Below are positions 1 through 5,963 of a stretch of 25,845 nt of DNA, one piece after another. Where the stretch lies: positions 1 through 25,845 of IMG/VR virus record IMGVR_UViG_3300046167_000116, one strand, 5' to 3'. The stretch's first letter is position 1. Each line of letters begins with the position of its first letter. The notes below the pieces were generated by a model. It did not search any database. It was not told where the DNA came from and saw only the letters and a program-made list of their open reading frames with translations. The position numbers were made by a program, and so were the translations under genes. This stretch comes from a virus. Lineage: Duplodnaviria > Caudoviricetes.

Positions 1-131
1 AACTCCTCAGTCATCATGCGTACTTGGTATTGCGGATCGATAGCTGTAAAGCTACGCGACCCGAAGCTAACCTTCTTCAGATACTTAGGGTCTGAATGTT
101 TTAGTCTGTTCCATATTTCTAATTTTTCCAT
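1..131 (-). CDS. Rad52/Sak-like single-strand annealing protein, N-terminal part (truncated by window edge)
   Basis: Manual translation from ATG at 131 (TAATG overlap with the upstream stop): MEKLEIWNRLKHSDPKYLKKVSFGSRSFTAIDPQYQVRMMTEE. The TAIDPQYQ..MTEEF pattern is typical of phage Rad52-like annealases, and the gene follows a YqaJ exonuclease. Confidence 0.65.
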   Translation of the reverse strand, partial: MEKLEIWNRLKHSDPKYLKKVSFGSRSFTAIDPQYQVRMMTEE

Positions 132-910
132 TACTTACTCCTCTTGCTAATGCGTAATGCGCCACGTTTATCACGGCGTATGGTTAATAGATCTGAGTAT
201 ACCTCACGTTCATTGTCGGCAACTATAGCCTTTAGATCTTTCTTGGCTGACTCGAATGACTTAGCTGCAGGTTCAAACTCTAGGTATTCTTGTGCTAGGT
301 ATGTGAAATGATTGTCCGAACTAGCGTCACGTTTAATCATATCATCTACAGGTACTAGATTCTTAGGTGATGCGATTGGTTGGTCGTGTCCGATAGGTTC
401 ATCGTCACTCTCAACGTGCGCCCAGAAATCTGTGCAAGCATCAAGCACTACACTTATGTATGGGTCATGCTTCTTAACGTATGCACATTCCCATCTGTTG
501 TTACCAAAAAATACTGACATGTATGCACCATCCATATTGGATAGCCATAGATACAGCTGCACCTGCGCCATGTAGTAGTCACACACTTTGTCTAATGTAT
601 TGTGTGCAAACGTATGCTTGGCCTCAACAATGTCGTTGGTATCTTCTAGCACACCATCAAGTGTACCCACATACGGCACGCCATTGTGTGTGCGTGTATA
701 CTTGTCTTGCTTCTCTAATATTTTTTTGCTGTACTCTCTTTCAAACCAACCGAGGTTCATGTCCTCTGATAGTATGCCCATCTGTACCGCTAACTTGTGT
801 GACAAATCTTCTGGCTCGACACGACCTGTCTTAATCTGCCAGAGTTCATACCAGTTGCCGTTCATTATTTTGACAGCGTCACTGCCGCCAATAAATCCTT
901 TACGTTCCAT
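131..910 (-). CDS. YqaJ-like (lambda exonuclease family) 5'-3' exonuclease
   Basis: RKGFIGGSD N-terminal motif, YELWQIKTG, GTLDG...VEAK PD-(D/E)xK core, YYMAQVQLYL; RBS GAGGAG upstream. Confidence 0.9.
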   Translation of the reverse strand: MERKGFIGGSDAVKIMNGNWYELWQIKTGRVEPEDLSHKLAVQMGILSEDMNLGWFEREYSKKILEKQDKYTRTHNGVPYVGTLDGVLEDTNDIVEAKHTFAHNTLDKVCDYYMAQVQLYLWLSNMDGAYMSVFFGNNRWECAYVKKHDPYISVVLDACTDFWAHVESDDEPIGHDQPIASPKNLVPVDDMIKRDASSDNHFTYLAQEYLEFEPAAKSFESAKKDLKAIVADNEREVYSDLLTIRRDKRGALRISKRSK

Positions 911-937
911 TATTATTCTCCTCTTATATGTACTTGT

Positions 938-963
938 CTACTGCATTGTTGCAGTAGGATCAA
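938..963 (-). promoter_or_regulatory. Leftward sigma70-like promoter with palindromic operator upstream of the exonuclease gene
   Basis: Minus strand reads TTGATC-N17-TAGACA. The perfect inverted repeat CTACTGCA-TTGT-TGCAGTAG (938-957) covers the spacer and part of the -10 box. Confidence 0.5.
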
Positions 964-1423
964 GATATTTATTGAAGTCAGACTCGACAAGATCTGTGTC
1001 AAGCAGCAGTCGCTGTCGATAGATAGAGTCAGGGTTGAGTATCCACTCTGGTATTGCGCCGCCAGATTTGATTCGCTTGACCATGAGTACAGCTGCGTCG
1101 AGCTTGCTCTGTGATGTCACCTTCAAGCTCTCTGTATTGCGTGAGTATTCGTCGACAGCTGTCTTCGTTGACATGATGAACGTCTTGATTGTCGGCCACG
1201 TACGAGAAGCTTGATACTGTCGGACGTGACCATCGATCTTTTTTAGCACGACCTCTAAGTCTACCTTCTCGAATGAAGAAGGTATATTGTTGTTGATGTC
1301 CTCGACAATAAGCTGAAGCTCTTGACCGAGTGTGTCACGATCCATGCTAGATGGTGGCGTGTAGCGTTTTAAGATACCCTGTAGCCAGACACCTATCATT
1401 GATGTGCGTTGGTTGTAGTCCAT
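938..1423 (-). CDS. Hypothetical protein, possible helicase loader (lambda P-like position)
   Basis: 161-aa ORF with AAGGAG RBS directly downstream of the replication initiator; contains a WPT motif. Function is inferred mainly from position. Confidence 0.55.
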   Translation of the reverse strand: MDYNQRTSMIGVWLQGILKRYTPPSSMDRDTLGQELQLIVEDINNNIPSSFEKVDLEVVLKKIDGHVRQYQASRTWPTIKTFIMSTKTAVDEYSRNTESLKVTSQSKLDAAVLMVKRIKSGGAIPEWILNPDSIYRQRLLLDTDLVESDFNKYLDPTATMQ

Positions 1424-1426
1424 GTG

Positions 1427-2098
1427 TTACTCCTTATCTATGGCTAATTTTTTATGCGACATATCATTGATGATTTCATCTAAGAAATCTGTGTTGGTTC
1501 TGTTGCTAGGTGCAACGTCCTCGATGTCGTCTTCCCATCTCTCACCATTGAGCCATGTGGTAGGGTGAGGGATAAACTGTTTGTCTGTGCCTTGAGTAGC
1601 ATCAGCAAATTTTTTAACAGCAGTAAGAATTGCAATGGGATCTGCAATCTTACATGCTTTATCGAATGCCTTGCGAGCGTGTCCCTTTGCTATCTTGCGT
1701 GGGTACACTGACCAGAACGCATCGAAGGGGGGTGTCTGTGTGACACTCCAAGTAGTATTACTATTACTATTAATATCTATTACATTAGATATAACTTGGG
1801 GTGTCTGTGTGACACTGGTCTTCTTCATATCATCCTCCATTAAATGTTTGAATCTATACACACTAGCTATGCCAGTGCGTCCAGACTTTCTTGTTATATA
1901 ATTATTATCTATGCACCAGTTGATAGCACGTATGACTGTACTTCTACTGAGGCCAGTAGTCTTGACTAAAGTTGGTATGCTTGGGAAGCACTCACCATTT
2001 AAATCTGTGTAACGTGCAAGCACAATCAAAATATATTTAGCATTAGGATTGTTTACTTGCCAATCAATTACATCTCGTAGTAATATGTCTGCATACAT
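1427..2098 (-). CDS. Replication initiator / replisome organizer with N-terminal HTH (lambda O-like)
   Basis: AKYILIVLARY...GECFPSIPTL..TGLSRSTVIRAI HTH; C-terminal FDAFWSVYPRKIAK...ARKAF...FIPHPTTWLNGERWED domain; internal iterons. Confidence 0.88.
   Translation of the reverse strand: MYADILLRDVIDWQVNNPNAKYILIVLARYTDLNGECFPSIPTLVKTTGLSRSTVIRAINWCIDNNYITRKSGRTGIASVYRFKHLMEDDMKKTSVTQTPQVISNVIDINSNSNTTWSVTQTPPFDAFWSVYPRKIAKGHARKAFDKACKIADPIAILTAVKKFADATQGTDKQFIPHPTTWLNGERWEDDIEDVAPSNRTNTDFLDEIINDMSHKKLAIDKE
1729..1816. repeat. Putative replication origin: two 19-bp iterons flanking an AT-rich spacer
   Basis: GGGGTGTCTGTGTGACACT at 1729-1747 and 1798-1816, each with the internal palindrome GTGTC-N5-GACAC, separated by a 50-bp AT-rich stretch inside the initiator gene. 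Confidence 0.75.
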
Positions 2099-2132
2099 TA
2101 GGTCTTTCCATTTCTTAATGTCCTCTTACTGT

Positions 2133-2168
2133 TAAACCTCTAGTATCATGAGCCGTACTAGAGGTTTA
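2133..2168. other. Perfect 13-bp inverted repeat (processing site or weak terminator)
   Basis: TAAACCTCTAGTA (2133-2145) pairs with TACTAGAGGTTTA (2156-2168), 10-nt loop, just upstream of the initiator gene. Confidence 0.6.
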
Positions 2169-2361
2169 CCTTTGTGTACTGAGCGATAGCTCTGCCGTTA
2201 TCTAGCTTAACCATTTCTTTCATAAAAGGATAGCCACTTTCTTTAAGGTCATGCATACGTGCTGCTAATCTAAAGCACTGAAACATATTCAATGCTTCAA
2301 TGGCTGTGATTGATTCACCTTTATCAAGGTGTGCTTTAATCATTTTCGTTTGGTTTTCCAT
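2158..2361 (-). CDS. Small winged-HTH protein (HTH_39-like)
   Basis: HLDKGESITAIEALNMFQCFRLAARMHDLKESGY motif; RBS AGGAGA. Confidence 0.8.
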   Translation of the reverse strand: MENQTKMIKAHLDKGESITAIEALNMFQCFRLAARMHDLKESGYPFMKEMVKLDNGRAIAQYTKVNL

Positions 2362-2677
2362 TTGTCTCTCCTAGTAAGTGTTCAAATAATTCCGCTGGCA
2401 TAATGACCAGGGACTGTGGTTTGCCTGTCTTTCTTTTATAGAAGGCTATGTCCCTGCCATCCAGTACAGTAAATGGACTAGGGAAATTAGATTTATCTCT
2501 GTACTTTACCTCGGCTACCAGCTTTCGTCCGCCCAGTGTGACGTGGATGTCACCACTCCACTCACCTCCGAGCGCACCTGAGAGTGGGACTCGGTAGTTT
2601 TCGATGCCGATTTTGTCGAGCCATTCGCAGAATCTTTTTTCGTGGTAGATTCCTTTAGACTTATTTTTGTTTGCCAT
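2336..2677 (-). CDS. Holliday junction resolvase, Hjc-like PD-(D/E)xK nuclease
   Basis: KSKG..HEK, RVPLSGA, GDI, AEVKYR motifs; RBS GAGGAG. Confidence 0.8.
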   Translation of the reverse strand: MANKNKSKGIYHEKRFCEWLDKIGIENYRVPLSGALGGEWSGDIHVTLGGRKLVAEVKYRDKSNFPSPFTVLDGRDIAFYKRKTGKPQSLVIMPAELFEHLLGETNGKPNEND

Positions 2678-2835
2678 GTCTGCTCCTCATAACATGTCAT
2701 ACATATGGTATGATATGTAGCTGGACTTGTTGTTGCCATGATCTGAACAAAAAATTCAGTACGATTATTACATGCATCACACGGATACGTGGGATTACTT
2801 AATATCTTTCGTGCTGATTTCGATCTGACAGCCAA
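2515..2835 (-). CDS. Possible small zinc-binding protein overlapping both neighbours
   Basis: CDAC...CMTC cysteine pairs fill the 2678-2794 gap between two genes; TTG start; the C-terminal half overlaps the resolvase in another frame. Confidence 0.5.
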   Translation of the reverse strand: MAVRSKSARKILSNPTYPCDACNNRTEFFVQIMATTSPATYHTICMTCYEEQTWQTKISLKESTTKKDSANGSTKSASKTTESHSQVRSEVSGVVTSTSHWADESW

Positions 2836-3082
2836 GTGCTTCTACCCAACAAGCGAACATGAAACCTGAGGGAACTCGCTTGTACTGCTCCCACTTATGA
2901 ATCAATGATGGCGTACAACCTATACTAAATGCAAGCCCTTCTTGTGACATACCTAATTGATTCCGTCTATCAATCAGGCTTGTAATCATTTCATCATAAG
3001 ATGTTGTTACATATGTATCACGTTTATAGTTTGGAAACTTTTGCATGCAGCTTACGCTTATCCCTGCTCGTAGGATATGCAC
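2795..3082 (-). CDS. XRE/Cro-family HTH transcriptional regulator (true start may be downstream)
   Basis: RRNQLGMSQEGLAFSIGCTPSLIHKWEQYKRVPS...WVEALGC is a classic HTH_3 pattern. Confidence 0.82.
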   Translation of the reverse strand: MHILRAGISVSCMQKFPNYKRDTYVTTSYDEMITSLIDRRNQLGMSQEGLAFSIGCTPSLIHKWEQYKRVPSGFMFACWVEALGCQIEISTKDIK

Positions 3083-3263
3083 CTTCCATTAGTTCCATCA
3101 CTCTCATAATTTTCTTTGCGGTTTCATATCTCAATTCAGTGCTGCCATTTAACGTACGATAATACGTTGAGGTTGGTAGCCCTGCCTTGATGAATACTTT
3201 ATGCAAAGGAATATTAAATTCCTTATGCTTTTCCTGTATGGTATGCCAATAACTTTGTATCAT
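3024..3263 (-). CDS. Cro-like HTH DNA-binding protein
   Basis: LHKVFIKAGLPTSTYYRTLNGSTELRYETAKKI HTH pattern; palindrome immediately upstream of the ATG. Confidence 0.72.
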   Translation of the reverse strand: MIQSYWHTIQEKHKEFNIPLHKVFIKAGLPTSTYYRTLNGSTELRYETAKKIMRVMELMEGAYPTSRDKRKLHAKVSKL

Positions 3264-3281
3264 ACTGCTCTTATGCAGCAG

Positions 3282-3452
3282 TCAATCAAGCCAGTCAAGT
3301 TTATCCATCTCTACGTAACCATCTCCGTTACAGTTAGTGCATGCTCTTAATGGTATGTCGTCGTTGAGACTGGAGTATACAACTACGCCAGTACCATCAC
3401 ACTCAGGACAATCATTGAACTTAGCTGCAACTTCAGTATGGAATTGTGTCAT
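3282..3452 (-). CDS. 56-aa DnaJ-type zinc-finger microprotein (not in ORF track)
   Basis: Manual translation: MTQFHTEVAAKFNDCPECDGTGVVVYSSLNDDIPLRACTNCNGDGYVEMDKLDWLD. Two CxxCxGxG motifs; RBS AGGAGA. Confidence 0.8.
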   Translation of the reverse strand: MTQFHTEVAAKFNDCPECDGTGVVVYSSLNDDIPLRACTNCNGDGYVEMDKLDWLD

Positions 3453-3657
3453 CTAAATCTCCTGTGTTTTGATTATCCTCCCATGCTTTGGTTGCTCGTT
3501 CAAGAAATTTCTTGCGCACAAATTTAGGATTTGATTTCTCTAATGCATCTGCAATGTCAATGAGATGTGAAGGCCAAGCAACCATTGGCCCCATTAGATC
3601 TGCTATAAATTCATAGTGCTGCCGTGTCATCGGCGGTGTTTTAATTGTGTTGGTCAT
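3433..3657 (-). CDS. Hypothetical early protein (MTRQHYEFIAD...NPKF..KKF family)
   Basis: Start moved from 3720 to ATG 3657, which has a GGGAGG RBS; the motif is common in small phage early proteins. Confidence 0.7.
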   Translation of the reverse strand: MTNTIKTPPMTRQHYEFIADLMGPMVAWPSHLIDIADALEKSNPKFVRKKFLERATKAWEDNQNTGDLDDTIPY

Positions 3658-3820
3658 CTGGCAAAGCCTCCCATTTAAGCTGCTTGTTGTTGTCAAAGTG
3701 CAATGTAATATAATCATCATTGCCTTTGGTGTCAGTTACCTTGAGTTCAAGAGCAGTAAAATCTTTGAAGATCTTACGCACTTGTCTAATCTTACTTGCA
3801 TTCATAATAGTTATGTTCAT
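3641..3820 (-). CDS. 59-aa hypothetical protein (not in ORF track)
   Basis: MNITIMNASKIRQVRKIFKDFTALELKVTDTKGNDDYITLHFDNNKQLKWEALPDDQHN; GGGAGA RBS; tiles between its neighbours. Confidence 0.7.
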   Translation of the reverse strand: MNITIMNASKIRQVRKIFKDFTALELKVTDTKGNDDYITLHFDNNKQLKWEALPDDQHN

Positions 3821-3822
3821 TG

Positions 3823-4065
3823 TTATCTCCCTGTTCCTCTTACTTGGTACTCTGCTTTAAGACTGTATCGACCTGCATCATGCGTGTCGTTCCACTGTCT
3901 ACAAAAATCGACAGCCTCCTCTTCAGTGAAGAAGGCGTGTGTCTCACTTCCTATTTCGTTTTTGAAATAGTAATTCTTACGACCAGCATGTGGTTCTAAA
4001 CCATTAGGCCAGTCGCTGTTGTCTTTCCACCATGTGCGTTGAAAGCAATCGTATACTTCTATCAT
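3823..4065 (-). CDS. Hypothetical early protein
   Basis: 80-aa ORF with GAGGAG RBS and ATGA overlap with the upstream gene. Confidence 0.75.
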   Translation of the reverse strand: MIEVYDCFQRTWWKDNSDWPNGLEPHAGRKNYYFKNEIGSETHAFFTEEEAVDFCRQWNDTHDAGRYSLKAEYQVRGTGR

Positions 4066-4325
4066 GGGTAATACTCCTCTATTGTTTCGTTCGGATACAG
4101 ATCTAAGAACTGAGCCGCTACTTTATACATGAATGCTTCTCTTTGATAAGCATGATATGGATGACGCTCACCATCTTGATGTATAATTTCTTGAGCAAGA
4201 TGGTGATCTATCTTCTCAGCAATTACTGATGAACTAGTTTTCATTACAAGTTTTAATACTTTATACGAGTAGCCTTGAAGACCTAAGTCTTCACGCATAA
4301 ACTTAATCAGTTGTGTGTGTTTCAT
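4062..4325 (-). CDS. Hypothetical early protein
   Basis: 87-aa ORF with GGAGA RBS, tightly tiled. Confidence 0.7.
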   Translation of the reverse strand: MKHTQLIKFMREDLGLQGYSYKVLKLVMKTSSSVIAEKIDHHLAQEIIHQDGERHPYHAYQREAFMYKVAAQFLDLYPNETIEEYYP

Positions 4326-4560
4326 TGTGCTTCTCCACTATAAAGTTTTTGATTTGCATCAGTGATATAATTGAAAACGGATTGCTTTCTTTAGTTTCTT
4401 TAGCAAGCTCACAATCATTATCTTCTATGTACTTGTCAGCTAGCATACCTGATGCAACGATCTGTTTGTATACAGTGTTAAATAAATAATCTAACGCCTC
4501 GTAATCTGGCGTGTTAAACATTGTTTCTTTTTCCATTTGATTCCTCATTTTGTTTTCCAT
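4303..4560 (-). CDS. Hypothetical early protein
   Basis: 85-aa ORF directly downstream of a predicted promoter; exact start uncertain (several Met codons). Confidence 0.65.
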   Translation of the reverse strand: MENKMRNQMEKETMFNTPDYEALDYLFNTVYKQIVASGMLADKYIEDNDCELAKETKESNPFSIISLMQIKNFIVEKHNETHTTD

Positions 4561-4571
4561 TTCTATTCAGT

Positions 4572-4600
4572 ATGTTAGCACTAGCACACGCGCAGTGCAA
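4572..4600 (-). promoter_or_regulatory. Leftward sigma70-like promoter
   Basis: Minus strand reads TTGCAC-N17-TAACAT in an intergenic gap, just after a terminator. Confidence 0.55.
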
Positions 4601-4638
4601 ACAATTCCTTGGCGTGTCTTCTAAAAGTACACACCAAT

Positions 4639-4677
4639 AAAAAGGGCAAGGCCAAGGGTAATACCCATGACCAAGCC
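4639..4677 (-). terminator. Putative intrinsic terminator for the 4695-5162 gene
   Basis: Minus strand GGC-TT-GGTCA-T-GGGT-ATT-ACCC-T-TGGCC-TT-GCC followed by CTTTTT. Confidence 0.55.
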
Positions 4678-4694
4678 TAAGATTATATCTTTTA

Positions 4695-5162
4695 TCAAAG
4701 CGTAATACCTAGCGACGCTAGATCTTGCGCTGTCTCTGAGTCTATCTCTGTCGGTGCGCCATCTGGTGCTACGTTAGAGTTAGTAACAGTTGTATATACT
4801 TCTTCGTTCTCTGCTTGATACGCAAGTTGCGCATCATCTAACTGAGCTTGAAGAAACTCTACGTTGTATTGGTCAGCCTTTGCCTGAGCCAAAGATGCTT
4901 GGTAATTATTCTCTGAGATCTCGTCACCATTGCGGCGTCTTGCCCAATGTGATACCCAACCTTTTTGCTGATCGAGCCTACGTTCTTGACGTGGTATCCA
5001 GTACTCTAAGAAACGTATCTCTTGTTGTAACTTCATCTTACGCAAAAAGGTCATGCTATCTGCGTTGTACCAACCATCTTTGTCAGATAGCGTAGGTCTG
5101 TTGTTGAATAGTTCTGTATTGTTTACATATGTTTCAGTCATTGTTGTGATTAAATTAGTCAT
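4695..5162 (-). CDS. Hypothetical early protein, predicted helical/coiled-coil with acidic C-terminus
   Basis: 155-aa ORF with AAGGA RBS, bracketed by a large hairpin upstream and a terminator downstream. Confidence 0.8.
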   Translation of the reverse strand: MTNLITTMTETYVNNTELFNNRPTLSDKDGWYNADSMTFLRKMKLQQEIRFLEYWIPRQERRLDQQKGWVSHWARRRNGDEISENNYQASLAQAKADQYNVEFLQAQLDDAQLAYQAENEEVYTTVTNSNVAPDGAPTEIDSETAQDLASLGITL

Positions 5163-5202
5163 TGTATATATCCTTTATATATTACTGTTTCTTATATCTC
5201 TG

Positions 5203-5280
5203 GCCAGCACCGAAGACTGATGATAGTCAAGGGCGCAAGCCAAAGGGAACCCTTGACTATTGTCAGTCATCGGGGCAGGC
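5203..5280 (+). promoter_or_regulatory. Long hairpin, candidate Frpo/ssi-like single-stranded-DNA promoter
   Basis: 5210-5233 pairs with 5250-5273 (24 positions, one A-A mismatch, two G-T wobbles) and extends to 5203/5280. TTGACT lies at 5253-5258 in the 3' arm. The structure is seen directly; the function is inferred. Confidence 0.55.
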
Positions 5281-5295
5281 GAACTTCTTATATCT

Positions 5296-5469
5296 TTATA
5301 CTATTTCTATCTCTTGTTCTTTTATTACGAAGAAATAATCTAGCTTGTGCTGATACTCGAGAGCTTCGGCTATAGTATGAGCTATTGTGTATGATTTATA
5401 TCTACCTATTTCTTCTAACTCTATTTCTGCTATGCCATCTTTGTATGGTAATCTATTTACTGTATACAT
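5296..5469 (-). CDS. 57-aa hypothetical protein, first gene of the early arm
   Basis: MYTVNRLPYKDGIAEIELEEIGRYKSY...; ATG 5469 has an AGAGGA RBS and is preferred over the track start at 5496. Confidence 0.65.
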   Translation of the reverse strand: MYTVNRLPYKDGIAEIELEEIGRYKSYTIAHTIAEALEYQHKLDYFFVIKEQEIEIV

Positions 5470-5484
5470 TGTCTTTCCTCTTAT

Positions 5485-5963
5485 ATTAATACTCACACAA
5501 GACCACCTTGTGGATATGCCAATACATATGCACGGAAAATACTGTCAGTCATTGAGATTAAGCAAAGCGACCATTTTTCTAAAAGAAAAATTGATAATCT
5601 CATTACCTCTCACGCGCAAATGAACTCTTGTGAATGAGCATGAGGGGTTGACGGACTGTATTTTATGTTGCGAAGCGAGGCAGAATCCGCACGGGGGTTC
5701 ATGTGTGTGTATGTTAATACATTTGATCTGCGAATAAGGATGCTACTAGGACTCTGTTCTCGTTGGACAACATGAAGTGTAGCCAACTTGCTGAAGGCAA
5801 GTTGCCATGTAATGTTGTTCACCGACGAACATAGTTCAAGCATCCTTGTAGAGCCGATCAAACGGCTAGTGTTCAGCGCAGAAGAAGAGATAAGCACCGC
5901 GATCAGGATAGAAGCCCGAAGGGCGGAGACTTTAGGCTCCGTTCACGATAGCCTGTTAATCGC
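5485..5963 (+). other. Highly structured non-coding region (three consecutive folded domains; ssDNA element or ncRNA)
   Basis: More than a dozen nested complementary segments in 5485-5718, 5722-5862 and 5899-5963 (listed under findings); no convincing ORF. Confidence 0.7.

Noticed and set aside
1729-1816. Mini CRISPR array (repeat-spacer-repeat)
   Set aside because: Only two 19-bp repeats, in frame within a replication gene, a low-complexity AT-rich spacer and no cas genes.
5217-5275. Hammerhead ribozyme suggested by CTGATGA followed by a stem
   Set aside because: No GAAA follows the would-be stem II, and CTGATGA is itself paired within the long hairpin.
5387-5897. Track ORFs 5387-5623 (+) and 5610-5897 (-)
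   Set aside because: No RBS or protein-like motifs; the sequence is better explained by base-pairing constraints.
5899-5963. tRNA gene suggested by the multibranch fold and GTTC
   Set aside because: No 7-bp acceptor stem, D-loop or 7-nt anticodon loop, and the GTTCACG is not in a T-arm.
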